A stretch of 64,000 nt of DNA from Podarcis muralis (taxonomy: Eukaryota), in contig NC_135659.1 of NCBI RefSeq assembly GCF_964188315.1, forward strand, positions 86,118,001 to 86,182,000, in the 5' to 3' direction. A program made the translations under genes and the position numbers. The notes under the pieces were generated by a model that was not told the origin of the DNA, did not search any database, and saw only the letters and a list, made by a program, of their open reading frames with translations. Numbering within the stretch: the stretch's first letter is position 1; the number at the start of each line of letters is the position of its first letter. Below are positions 13,410-27,297 of the stretch, in pieces.

Positions 13410-13720
13410 ACTTAGGAACATAGGAAGCTGACATATACAGAGTCAGACCAATGGTCCACCTCAGCACTGTCTACTCTGAACTGTCTACGTGGCATATTTA
13501 GGAGGAGATGGGAAATTCATGTTACACATTTTATATACTTGTACTTTTGTAATATTTTTGGGAAATGCAAGAATTAATATTATATTTTTAGAAGTATTGT
13601 TCTGACTAGCAGTGACTCTCCAGGACTTCAGACAGGGGACACTTCCAGAGCTACCTGGAGATGCCAGAGATCAAACCCGTGACCTGTATGCAAAGAGGAT
13701 GCTCTGCCACTGAGTCATGG
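13410..13720 (-). mobile_element. tRNA-derived SINE with CR1-like tail (Squam2/Anolis-SINE2-like), interrupted
   Basis: Tail aggaacataggaagctg and head ...gatgctctgccactgag. Related copies at 25520-25720, 32905-33085 and 54255-54415. Confidence 0.6.
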
Positions 13721-16404
13721 CCTTTGTGCCATGAGAGCTGCTGGCAGTCTGGGCAGACCATACTGAGCTAGATGGCCTGTTGACGTGAAACAGTCAAAGG
13801 CAGCTTCATCACATTTCTGACTCTGCAGAAGTCCAGGGGAAATATTTACAGGAGTTGCACCTTGGTCATTCTTAGGAGGCAGCTCACGTACCCCTTTACG
13901 TGCATGGCTGTCAGCCACACACTATACTGGTGAAAGTGATCTGTCTTTCCCTCCCACCACCCCATTACACCTCAGTCCTAAGTACATTTGCATGAGTTCA
14001 ATGGAAAGTCGGTTTTAGTTAGCTTTGCCACTGCTAGCTGAAATCGGTTGGAATTTCTTCCAAACATAAATGCGCTTTCAGATCTGTTAGTGTGGGGATG
14101 GATTCCAGTTGTCGTGGCAATTGAGGAAAAACAATGTCTTTACATATATCACACAACATATGTTGGCTCCTTGCTCAGTCTTGATTGGAATGAGTGTGAA
14201 GGCATGAGAGGTGAGTGGGTAGTTTCTCACAAGAAAGCAGGAAGCAAAGAACATAGTAGGAAGAGGAGAAATTAATTGCATGGCACTTTTAGGTTCTGCA
14301 CAAGTGATGGGTGGGCACGAACACTTTTAAAATTCAAGGCTCATAACCTGTACCTAAGGGGGAGAAAAGCCCTGCATCTTGCCTTGCACTCCCTTTCAAA
14401 AGATACAGGCAGCTGTCTGATGCCCTGGCCATTTCCATGTCTCTTACATATCCACCTGTCTCCTGGCATCTTGAAAAGGTTAATGGCAGTGTGACTTGAG
14501 CAAGGTACAATATTCCCAGAACTCTTTGTAGTCATGGGAGAGAGTGAAGATCCATCATTCTCTCTGAAGAATATGCTGTGAAAGACTAAAGAGTAACTTC
14601 CTGGGGCTTAATTAACCCACTGCGCTAATATTTGCAAAGATAGGCTATTCCACCTGCTATCATACATAATCAGAAGGGGGTGATAGAGGAAATAGCTGAG
14701 GGTAGAGTATTAAACAATTCCCAAGAAGGCAGAGACATTTCAAACTGGAGCTGACACAACATAATTACAATGCCTTCCACCACCATTTCTTTCTTTCTTT
14801 TAAAAATACATATGGATCTGATCCAGCCCAAACTGCACTCTTGTATATCATATAGATTTTAATGGGAGAAACTGACACACATGTTAAACTCTTGCATTAA
14901 AACAAATGGACTTTAAAAAAGGTAGTAGCATTATCTCATAGACAGCTGAAAATATAAAGTGTGTTGTTGTTGTTGTTTTAAAAAATCTTTTTTGTTAAAG
15001 GATTCATTCTTATTTATAAATGACTTAACATTGACAATGCAAGACCTTACTTTGGAGTGGGGATGAATAACTCTTTGTTTTGTCTAACCATTGATCATAT
15101 GCCTGGACAGAGGGTATGTTTGGTGTTTGTCTCTGAGAGGTAGATCAGGGGAAAGTGAAACAGGGTGTCTTTCCAATATTGCAACATTCTGCAGTGATAC
15201 AATAAAGGTGCAGTGGATCTTTCAAAGGACTGCCTCCATATTCCTGTTACCTGACTGTGTTTGATTGCTATATACATGCCAATGTGATTGCACCAGAATA
15301 AATAGATTTTGGGTTACGATGGGTGCCTAAATTTCACTTATGGATTTTGACACTTTATAAAGTGATAAAAGGTTTGGACTGCTGTGAAAAGGTGGCTGGA
15401 AAGCAAACAGGAATATCCCACAGAGTTAGATAGGATATTTGGACATATTCAACTGCACACAATGCCCTTCCTTAGAATCTTAAAAATCCCCACACTTTCC
15501 CTTCAGGTATCAAATCATCTGAGCTGGAAGGCTATAATCCTATGCACACTTAACATGCCCACAGCGGGGCTTACTTCTGGGTGAATATTCTCAGGACTGG
15601 GCTACAAGAGTGCAGAAACAATAAGGTCTCTGCATTGGTGACTACCATCACCAATGACTGCAAATAATCTAAAACTGGATGCATTCCTGAGCAGTCTGGT
15701 CTTCCTTCATTAATCTCAGATACACAGACCTTGTTTAAACACCATACCTTTTTTTCATAAGAATGCAAACTTTTAGGTAGTAGGTGACTGTCATTTCTGA
15801 ATACTGAACTCTGGAAACTTATGTAACCCTGCATGAGTTATAAGAGAGTGGAATGGTAGGAATCTAAATCAATAAGTAGTAAAACAAACTGCTGTATTCT
15901 CAGAGCAAAGCAGTCTGCGTCTTCCTGGTTACAGCCTTATGATTAATTCAATCCAAAGACTTACAATGTGCAAATGCACTCTTCCTTGGTAAAGTGGAAT
16001 GGCCATCAAACTTCACTGCAAAGGCAAGGAAGTGTCGGTTGGAAGGAAATGAGCCTATTGACCGAGAGTTTCCAATGCCACTTGGTAAGTTTCAGCCCAC
16101 TGCTTGTAAAGGAGCATTAAAGAGTTCACAGATCGACTCCCACCTGTTGATCCCCACCTCCTCCCCTGAACTGATCTCGTCTCAGCTTCATGACCGGTTG
16201 CCTCGCCACTCCACTTCTCATCGAATCCCTTTCCCAAATGATAACACTTCTCTCTATATATTTTTAAAAATTGCTCCTCCCTTGATCAAAACTACTCATC
16301 CTTTGACCGATTCTTCTCTCGCTCTTCTTCTTAACCTCCTGGGAGGGGAAAATGATGAGAATGTCCTGCCTTTTAAGAAAGAATATATATTCATTCACTT
16401 CCTA

Positions 16405-17076
<672 letters not shown>

Positions 17077-19070
17077 CTAAGGTGAATTATTGATGAAAGA
17101 GAGGAAAAGAGAAAGAGAGAGAGAGAGAGATCAGGAAGAAATAAAAACATTTGACGTAGCCATGATTCGTTGCATGGCGAGCCTGTCTCCTTTTCTTGTC
17201 CTGCAGGAATCTGAGCAGACGTGTCCAGCTCCTGACGGCAGGAGCTTGCCCTCTACGCTAGCTCAGGCACTGCTGGCTGAGCTCATTTGCCAGGATGCTT
17301 TGCAAAAAGCGGAGTTCCCTCGCTCTTTACCACAATTCCCCCCAGCGTCATGGCACACAGAAGCACGCCCAGCCCTCTCTCTTCCCCTCTCCCTCTCCTC
17401 CGCACACCCCGCTGCATGCTAAGCTTCGTGCGTCTACCAGCCTTTCCCCAGGATTGCCCTCCTAGGCTGTCGTCCCAGATAGAACTCCCACCCCCACCCC
17501 AAACAAAACAAATAGAATATTTTGGAGAGTGCAGAACAGGACGATTTAACCCCAAATGAAACGTTGGCTACGTGCCTTAGGTATATATATTTTTTTGTGG
17601 CAAGCATTTAAAATATTGACCCAATGATCAGGGAGGTCTTTATAGGACTACAACAGCCAGGCAGGCAAATTAACCCTTTCAGGACTGCAGAATAGCTTGC
17701 ACTCAATGAGACACAAACTGTGGTGCTCTGCAATACGTAACATGCGTAAGAGAAGCACACACACCGTCTATCTCATTTAAAAATAGATGAGGAACATTAC
17801 ACTTAAAAATCTTCAGCTTCTTGGTAAAACATCCCCAAAATGCCCTGTGTCATACAAAAGTAATACGGAGTTCCAGTGTTCTCCCACTTTTGGAACAGGC
17901 TTGGCGAGGTTATACTCTTAGTGCACTGCCTAGTGGCTCTTGTTTGGAAATGTTACCAGGTGATGCAGGAATTTATTTCCTTAATGTGTGCTGTGTAAGA
18001 GAACGGTAAGAGCTACTGACGAAATCTGACAATGGCAATCTTTGCGCTTACAGTTGAATTACAAGGCTGGCTCTTTTAGTTTAGCTTCCCCCCCCTCCCC
18101 ATATCTGAACAATTATTCAGTCTTTCTGTATCACATCCTTCCAGCCACTGACATAAATAAGGTTAACATCTGTTTAAGTCTTTGAAAGAGGCAAAAGGGA
18201 GTGTTCATTTATTATTAACATGTTTATGGCCTACCTCTCGTTCAAAGATTCCCAAGGTGGTTAAATACTTATGTAAAAATAATAACACACTAAGATCCAC
18301 AGTGAAATTGAAAACAGTGCAATGCAATGGTTAGAGTATTGGACTAAGGTGGCAGAGATGAGGGTAGTAGACTCCACTCAGCCATAAACTCACAGAATCA
18401 TCTTGGGCTATCTCTCAGCCTCGTGGAACTGTTGTGAAGATAAAAATGAAGGTGAGAGGAGAACCTTGTACAACACTTTGAGCAACTTAGGGGAAAAGCA
18501 GGATACAAATGCAGCAAGCAGGTAGATAAAACAAACAAAACACAGAATGACAGAATTCATAGATCCAATATCGTAAGATCTTTACATGTCTGCTAAGCAA
18601 CCATCAGCAAACACATTTGGTGAATGAATAAGGGAAGGAATTCCAAAGATTAGGTGCCAAATCTGAAAAGACCCAACTCTTCATTGCTACCTATTGTGCC
18701 TCCGAAAATGAGGGTACTCTGAGCAAAACTTCCAAAGAGGAACTTAGTAGTTAGCCAGATTCAAACTGGAGAACATAACCTTACAAGTGCACTAGGCAGA
18801 GGCCGTCTAGGCCTGGGTGTAGAGGACAGTTCTTTGGAATTGTGCTAGGAAACAGATGTTCAGCACTTCCCCTAAATGCTAGGGTTTCACTTCCCCTAAA
18901 TGATCATGCTCACAGTCTTGAGGCGCTTATTGATCCACAACTACCATTAAAGGCTCAAGTGACCTCTGCAGGCCTAAAGCACCTTTTATCAGCTTAGGCT
19001 AATATGCTAGCTGTGACCACAATTGCCCATAATTCAGTAACAACTTATTTAGACTACTGTAATATAGTAA

Positions 19071-19928
19071 TATGCGAAAGGCTGGGCTGGATGAATCCCA
19101 AGCTGGAATTAAGATTGCCAGAAGAAATATCAACAACCTCAGATATGCAGATGACACAACCTTGATGGCAGAAAGTGAGGAGGAATTAAAGAACCTTTTA
19201 ATGAGGGTGAAAGAGGAGAGCGCAAAATGTGGTCTGAAGCTCAACATCAAAAAAACGAAGATCATGGCCACTGGTCCCATCACCTCCTGGCAAATAGAAG
19301 GGGAAGAAATGGAGGCAGTGAGAGATTTTACTTTCTTGGGCTCCATGATCACTGCAGATGGTGACAGCAGCCACAAAATTAAAAGACGCCTCCTTCTTGG
19401 GAGAAGGGCAATGACAGGCCTAGACAGCATCTTGAGAAGTAGAGACGTCACCTTGCCAACAAAGGTCCGTATAGTTAAAGCCATGGTTTTCCCAGTAGTG
19501 ATGTATGGAAGTGAGAGCTGGACCATAAAGAAGGCTGATCGCCGAAGAATTGATGCTTTTGAATTATGGTGCTGGAGAAGACTCTTGAGAGTCCCATGGA
19601 CTGCAAGAAGATCAAACGCATCCATTCTTAAGGAAATCAGCCCTGAGTGCTCACTGGAAGGACAGATCGTGAAGCTGAGGCTCCAGTACTTTGGCCACCT
19701 CATGAGAAGAGAAGACTCCCTGGAGAAGACACTGATGCTGGGAAAGATGGAGGGCACAAGGAGAAGGGGGCGACAGAGGACGAGATGGTTGGATAGTGTT
19801 TTCGAGGTTACCAGCATGAGTCTGACCAAACTGCGGGAAGTAGTGGAGGACAGAGGTGCCTGGCGTGCTCTGGTCCATGGGGTCACGAAGAGTCGGACAC
19901 GACTAAACGACTAAACAACAACAACAAC
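19071..19928 (+). mobile_element. 5'-truncated BovB (RTE clade) LINE
   Basis: Uninterrupted 280-codon reverse transcriptase C-terminus with NNLRYADDTTL. It has the BovB 3' end ggtccatggggtcacgaagagtcggacacgact, a (CAA)n tail and a 10-bp TSD aatatagtaa (19061-19070 and 19929-19938). Confidence 0.93.
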
Positions 19929-19934
19929 AATATA

Positions 19935-20288
19935 GTAAAGGTAAAGGGACCCCTGACCATTAGGTCCAGTCGTTACCGACTCTGGGGTTGCAGCTCTCAT
20001 CTTGCTTTATTGGCCGTGGGAGCTGGCATACAGCTTCCGGGTCATGTGGCCAGCATGACCAAGCCGCTTCTGGCGAACCAGAGCAGCGCACGGAAACGCT
20101 GTTTACCTTCCTGCCAGAGCGGTACCTATTTATCTACTTGCACTTTGACATGCTTTCGAACTGCTAGGTTGGCAGGAGCAGGGACCGAGCAACGGGAGCT
20201 CACCCCGTCGTGGGGATTCAAACCACCAACCTCCTGATCAGCAAGTCCTAGGCTCTGTGGTTTAACCCACAGCGCCACCCGCGTCCCT
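19935..20288 (-). mobile_element. Sauria SINE, full length
   Basis: Head GGGACGCGGGTGGCGCTGTGG on the minus strand and (ACCTTT)n tail. Probable TSD tactgtaatata / tattgtaatata. Confidence 0.9.
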
Positions 20289-20832
20289 TATTGTAATATA
20301 CATGGCCTTTAAAAATGATTCACAAACTGTAGCTGTGGAATAGAATGTTTTGTCAGCTGCACTGGCCCCTAGCCTGCTTCCAGGTTCAATTTAAAGTGCT
20401 AGTTAGTTTTAACGGCCAAAGTCCCAAATGAATTGGGATTGGGCTACCTGAAAGAATGCCTTCTCCCACATTTGCTTACCTGAACATTAACATCTTCTTT
20501 GGGCATCCTACTCTAAGGTTTACTGCTGAATGAAGTGAGGTGGGTAACCACCGAGGAGAGGACTTTTTAATAGTGGTACTCTGGTTATGGACTAAGCTTC
20601 CCAGAGAGGTTCACCTGGTATCAGGTGAAGCCTTTTTGTTTCACAGACTACATGAAATAATTCATGTAGTCTCTAGGTTTTCAAATGTATATTTTAACTT
20701 TTGGGTTCTTGTGGGTTTTATTTCCTTGCTGCATTTTTGGCTTAATGTTGTATTTCATATTTGAATTGTTTTCACACTCACTTATTGTAAGCTGTCCAGA
20801 GAACTTTTTGTTATCAGACACTATACATTTGT

Positions 20833-21148
20833 NNNNNNNNNNNNNNNNNNNNNNNNNNNNNNNNNNNNNNNNNNNNNNNNNNNNNNNNNNNNNNNNNNNN
20901 NNNNNNNNNNNNNNNNNNNNNNNNNNNNNNNNNNNNNNNNNNNNNNNNNNNNNNNNNNNNNNNNNNNNNNNNNNNNNNNNNNNNNNNNNNNNNNNNNNNN
21001 NNNNNNNNNNNNNNNNNNNNNNNNNNNNNNNNNNNNNNNNNNNNNNNNNNNNNNNNNNNNNNNNNNNNNNNNNNNNNNNNNNNNNNNNNNNNNNNNNNNN
21101 NNNNNNNNNNNNNNNNNNNNNNNNNNNNNNNNNNNNNNNNNNNNNNNN
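20833..21148. other. Assembly gap (N run)
   Basis: Run of N. Confidence 0.99.
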
Positions 21149-23015
21149 ATCAGTCAATGTGCTTAACTGCCCATTACGCACATTCAACAGGCCTCTTGGA
21201 TAATGTGCACATAATTCTTACAAGAAGAGGGAATTGCATATATTTCCTGGTCAATATACATAAGCTCCAACACACTTTGTGAAATGTGCATATCGCAGCT
21301 GAATTTTGTACATTCTCTGAACATTATGCATTGTCTCCAGCAGTCCTTGAGTAATGTGCATATTCTGACAGCGTTTTGTACATGCTCTGGGCAATATGCA
21401 CATTCTCTAATCAGAATACATGGATTTCCAGAAACATATCTTTGTTTCTATCTCTTGTTCAGAAGCATGCAATGTACAGTCTCTGGGCTGACTCTGCCCC
21501 ACTGCTTAATTGGGCCAATTTGGTGGTATCCTTATTGCCCTATGTTGAGTTCCTCTGCCCAGAGAGACCTGGGGAGAATTCAGTCTTGAGGAATGTAGCA
21601 TGCTTCTTCACAAGTGCCTTCACTGCAGGAAATGTGCTTTCAAAGCACAGGATTGAATCCTCCTGCTCTCATTCATGGTGGGATTGTGGTTGGGATAAGG
21701 AGTTATTTCATATCCTTCTTCCCCCTCCTGACCATATGTTTATTTAGGGTTTAAACACCTGTAATTAAATATTAACCTGATCCCACAAATAGATTCTAGA
21801 CTGGATTGAAGCTGGATCAAATGTTTCCTGGGTCAGCCTAAATCAGGGACCAGATTGAGTTGGGGTCTAGCAAAAATAATTTTGTGCCATAATTACACGA
21901 TCAATGCATTCATCGAGCAGACAGTGTTTCAAAACTTTCAGTATACAGCAAACAAAAGAACAAGCAAAGTGTAGAAGGACACATTTCAATTTACCATAAA
22001 TTCTTTCCCAGCAACTGTTCCCTTTTACAACTTTACAATAAAATACAGCTTTGCATCAATAGTGTTCAGGGTGATTTCTAAATCACTTGGGGAAGTGCTT
22101 TGAAACATTAACCTCAAAGGTTGCAGCCCCAACACCACCTTTCCTTTAAAGTAATCCCATTGGCTTCAGAGGATGGCTCTTGAGTAAGATGCTTGAAGTT
22201 TGCTTTTTTAAAAAAAGAGGAATCAATCCCAAACTTACCCTCTGTGTTCTATGATCCTAATTTGTTCCTAAGGGCCTTAACAATTCTGCTTACTTTTGGG
22301 TAACACAAACCTTGGTTCCTTTCTCATTCCCAAGCTGCCAGCTCCTTTCATCTCATCACATTTCTCTCGTCTTGAGTTGCAAGTTTCTAGCCTTGCTGAA
22401 TTTTTAACTTTCTTAGCTACATGACTATTCACTATCAGTTAGATGAAATGACCTGGTTTTTCAAGAAGTTGGCTTTCCACATTGTGCATGGGAAGATGAA
22501 GGGCAAGGGTGAAGAACCTGTAGCCTTCCACGTGGTTTGAACTACAGTTCCCATCATCCCCTGCCAGCATAGCCCATAGTCAGAGATGATAGGTGTTGTA
22601 GTTCATAAATTCCTGTGTGTGTTTACTTGTGACTCAACTCCACTAGACTCAGAGGGACTTATTTCCCATAAACATATGTGAGAATAGGTGGCACAAGTAG
22701 GAACTGTGTGTTCAAATCTTGATGCATCAAAAAAATGTTCTAGATACCCTCAACTAAACCTCCACTTTCTCTCTTGGAACAATGTGGATTTAGGGCGATG
22801 CAGGTGGGTGCCCCCCCCCCCCACACACACACAGCACAAAGCCGAGGGGGTACAAAATTGAGAGAACCCATAACAGAGAAGATCCATTTGGGGTCACCAA
22901 ATTTTGACCTTGCTCAGGGTGCCATATTACCAAAGATTTCCAAACTCCACCATTGCATGGAACATAGTGATAATATTGTTGATGTATATTATTTTTGTAA
23001 GAAACAGAAGGTTAT

Positions 23016-23019
<4 letters not shown>

Positions 23020-23066
<47 letters not shown>

Positions 23067-23195
23067 TTATTATTTGCACCCCGCCCATCTCACTGGGTTT
23101 CCCCAGCCACTCTGAGTGGCTTTCAACAAAGATTAAAAATACATTAAAATGTCACACATTAAAAACTTCCCTAAACAGGGCTGCCTACAGATGTA
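23020..23195 (-). mobile_element. L2 3' tail with (AAT)n
   Basis: cccgcccatctcactgggtttccccagccactctg...aaaacttccctaaacagggctgcc. Confidence 0.75.
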
Positions 23196-25519
23196 CTGTA
23201 ATGGTGATGAAGATGATGATTTGGGCCCTAAATTGTTTTGCGGTGGGTGTTAATGTGCATATGAATCAAAGAATCCTACAGTGTGGAGCAAGTGAAAAGG
23301 GGACATCTCAAAAGCCAATCAAGTCCCCCCCCCCCCCCCGCTGCCTCCAAAAAAAATTCTTAGCCCCTGGAAAAGCCCACATTGTAGAGGGAGCGAGGCT
23401 GGGTGCTGCAAAAGAAGGTGGATGGGTGGAGCAGGATTCAATGACATCCAGATTGCTCCCCTCCCATTAAGCATTCCTGCCCATGTGATTACCCAACACC
23501 CTTTCCCTATGAGAGAGAGAAAGAAGCAAATTCAACCCTCTTAAAGAGCAGGAATAGCATTACCAGGAAGAAAAAAAGCAGCACAGAATGACTGTGGTTC
23601 TTCGATGTGGCTTATAATGTCCCGCCCTGAATCTTCCCTGATTGACAATCAACTTTAGTTAAGTGTATCTGCCAAAGGTGAAATTCAGCACTTTCCCCAG
23701 TTTGGCTTGCACTTCAAGGAGAATATTACTTCCCCAAGCCAAAGTGATTAGTGGCTAATATCACTGGACAGATGGTAATGTTGTCTAAGCAAATATTGCT
23801 CGTTAGATCTCCATCCTGAACACATTTATGTATGTAGTTTACTTTGTAAATATGAGTTGATAATGAGATGTGCCAAGATGCCATGTGTGTAAAGTGGGGC
23901 AAACTGGTTTCACCAGCATGCATCCCAAACAAGAGACTTCGGAAAGGGCCTTCTACCACATAAGAGTCACAACAACCCTCACAAAACCACCATCTCCATG
24001 GTTGATGTTGATTTAATTGGGGTGTGTGGGGACATTTTCAGGAGAATCAAACTAGTCTTGTTCCAGTTTGTAGCACAGATGAGCACTGAAGCACCAGTCC
24101 TGATCTCACTTACACTGCTAGCATACATATATCTGTCTGAACCTTCATTCCAAAGAGTTTGGGGCAGTATGTAGTAGATTTCTTCTTTCTCCTTTTATCT
24201 TCAAAGTAACACTGTAGGTTAGATGGCCCAAGGTCATGTAGGCAGGGTTTGTGTGTCTGAGCAAGAATTTGAATAGGTGTCTTTGTCCTAAATGCAATTT
24301 TCTGACCACCACATCACTTGGATTTTAACGCTAAAAGAGATTATTGTCATTGATGATATGAGAAGAGGCTTGTGTAGCCCGGGACCCACCAAGCCAAAAG
24401 CAATCTCCTCACTGACCATGTGTGGTTGGCTGCTGGGTATTTACTTATTGCTTGCTAGCTAGTTTGCTCATTGGTTGATTGGGCTTACGTATTGCTTCTT
24501 GTCAACAAAACTCCTTTTTGAAGCTGTTTTACAATCAAATAAGCACATATCAATAAAACATCTAAAGCTAGAGTGAAAGAAAGAGGTGGGGGTTATGCAT
24601 AATGACTAGAGAATGTTGAGATATGCACATTCCACTGAGGCTGGTTGGGGATTATGCATATTAGCCAGAGAATATATAAAATGTGGTCAAGCAATGCAGA
24701 TTCCTTTGGAGAGTACATATAATGACCAGGAAATGTGGAAGATTCCATCTTCATCAGCAGATTCCCTATGTGAACTGATAAATGGCTGGTTGTTATGAAC
24801 ATTAACCACTCAACTTACATTACCCCTAAGACAGGTAGATAAGGAGAGACAGACAGACATAATACAATGCAATACAAAGTAATTCACTTAAATCAGCAGC
24901 ATAACATCCAGCATCCTAAATTAATCCCTAAAAGCCAAGGTAAAGAGGTGAAATTTTAAGGCCCGTTTTAAAAAGACTAAAGAGGGAGCTGGCCTGACAT
25001 AATGCAGAACTGAGTTCCATAATTAGGGGAACCACTGTAGAAAAACCTCTCTTCTATGTGCTGGAGTTTGGTGGATCAGTGGTCTGACTTGGTATACAGG
25101 TTGGCTTTCTATATTCCTGTGTGGCTAAATTATAAAAACAGAATTCCATTGGGCTTCATACTTCTTCCCTTTGTAATTTGCCCTACATCTATACGTGTTT
25201 ACAAATTAGTTACCTGATAAGTTTGGCACATTTTGTGTGAAATGAAATATGCTGCGGTGCTTAGTAAATTGGAAAAGATTTTATTTATAGAGATTTTTTT
25301 AGGTTTTTCTGTTAGGCTGTAAAGAAACCCAAGCTACGCAACCTTCTCTTAACCCTGATGCAGCCGAAGCAGTTGCCATCACCAATGACAATACGCAGGT
25401 ACATGGCAAATGAGTAGAGAACGACAGCCATTCTGTTTTTATTTGGAAACTGGACATAGCTGCAGGCCTGCCTGAAGCATAATTTTGCCAGATCATCTCT
25501 GAAATCTGGGCAGTCTTCC

Positions 25520-25720
25520 AGTAGGAAGGTGTCATAGCACAGTGATAGAACATCTACTTTGCATGCAGAAGGTCGCAGGTCAATCCATGGCATCACCAGG
25601 TAGACCTGAGAAAGACTCCTTGTCTGAAATTCTGGAGAGTTATTGCTAGTCAGTGTAGAAAGCCCTGACCTAGACTGACCAATGTTTTGACTCAATATAA
25701 AGCATCTTCCCACATAGGAC
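25520..25720 (+). mobile_element. Squam2-like tRNA SINE
   Basis: catagcacagtgatagaacatctactttgcatgcagaaggtcgcagg tRNA-like head, with a tail like the copy at 13410. Confidence 0.65.
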
Positions 25721-25999
25721 CCAAAAGGGTTCATTGGTGTAGTTCATGTCTACATGCAGCCCAGGAAGACCCCCAATAGGAGGTTCTCAGACCAGTTCAC
25801 TATCTGGATGTGGGACTCAGAGGCACAAACTTTGACTATGGGCATCTCTTCTGAGATCTCTCTCCAGAACTTTGGGTCCAAGACAATTAGTTCCCATTGT
25901 ATCCCTGCTTCCTGCAATACTTGACTCTAGGTCCTAACGTGAAGCAAAATGGCACAACCGCCTCTGCTGGGAAATTTGAAATGCTATCAATGACAGCAG

Positions 26000-26140
26000 A
26001 AGCTTTCATATGCAGGCACTCACATATATTACAGCTTGCTCCACCTTCCATGTGACAGCCCTTCAGATATTTGAAGAAAGCTATCAATATCACCTCTCAG
26101 TGCTCTCTTCTGCAGGCTCAACATACCAAACTCCCTCAAC
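26000..26140 (-). mobile_element. CR1 LINE ORF2 relic
   Basis: Translates to MILIAFFKYLKGCHMEGG, resembling the CR1 motif GDMIAVFKYLKGCH. Confidence 0.7.
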
Positions 26141-27255
26141 CAGTGGCAGACTTTGGGCTCTCAGATTTCAGTGGCACCCTGTGCAATGCTAAAATTTGCC
26201 CCCCACCACCACCTCTGTTCTACAGCATTGTTGTGAAGCTCCCTGCAGTGCAGCGCCCAGTGCAAAAGCACCGGTCATGCTACCCTAAAACTGCCTCTGC
26301 CCTCAACCATTCCATAGAAAGCTTGGTTTCCAGAGTAGTTTACAACAATCAATGCATTTGTTTCCCTTCCCTGATCCAAAGGAGCCATACCATGATGTCC
26401 TACTCCATTGTGTCATAGCATTGTGTCAACCCCAATTAAGTTCTGCATGACTAGACCCATTGAAATTAATAGGACAAATTTGTCATGACCATTAATTCCA
26501 ATGGGCCTGCTCAGAGTACGACTAGCATGGGATACAACCTGCTATCAATAGTATACAGTATGTGTGCATTAGTCATTTCCCCTCAATGTACATTACTTTT
26601 ATCTAGCAATTATTGAGTGTTAGATCAAGAAAGTGCCTTTAATATTCACAAACTGTCAAATTTCCCTTTCCATCTCTTTGTCTGCAGCCAACATTTCTGC
26701 CTAATGTATTATTATTATTGCTATTATTATTAGTGAAAAAGAATCGCCAACCCTTTTTAGTAAGAAGACTCATCTGTTGAAATTATTTAAAAAAGCAAAG
26801 CAAAACAAGACTTTCCAAAGTGAACTAGCCCCTGGCAGCCCTTAAAGACTTGCAGAGCGTTGTTTAGCTCAACTGCTGAATACTAATAAAATGGCAGAAC
26901 TTTTTGTAGCTGAAGCATTTAGCATCCAGGCAAACAATATGCATATTTTGAGCTTTTCATCCACATGCAGAGACTTCCAGTAATACAAGGGCTTTAGCAC
27001 TTGCAGCTCCCCTTCCTTCATTTTAATGCATGTTGCTTTTTCTCATAGGAAAACAGCAGTATGAAATAGACTAGAAGAGTGTCTTTGGAGTAGGGATGGT
27101 GGAGAAATTGGAATCAGTTCACATTCAAAGCAAGTAGATGAATCGAAAGACAACTTATCCTTCAGAATTTGCACTTCTCCAATTTGTAGCCAAGAAATGT
27201 GTGCAAAAATATTGGGGTCAAATATACATAAAAATGAATATACGGGTGGAAATTG

Positions 27256-27297
<42 letters not shown>

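Noticed and set aside
18999-19886. 295-aa minus-strand ORF
   Set aside because: It is the antisense shadow of the BovB reverse transcriptase frame and has no independent protein features.
20681-21203. ORFs spanning N runs (also 45066-45449)
   Set aside because: Artefacts of assembly gaps.
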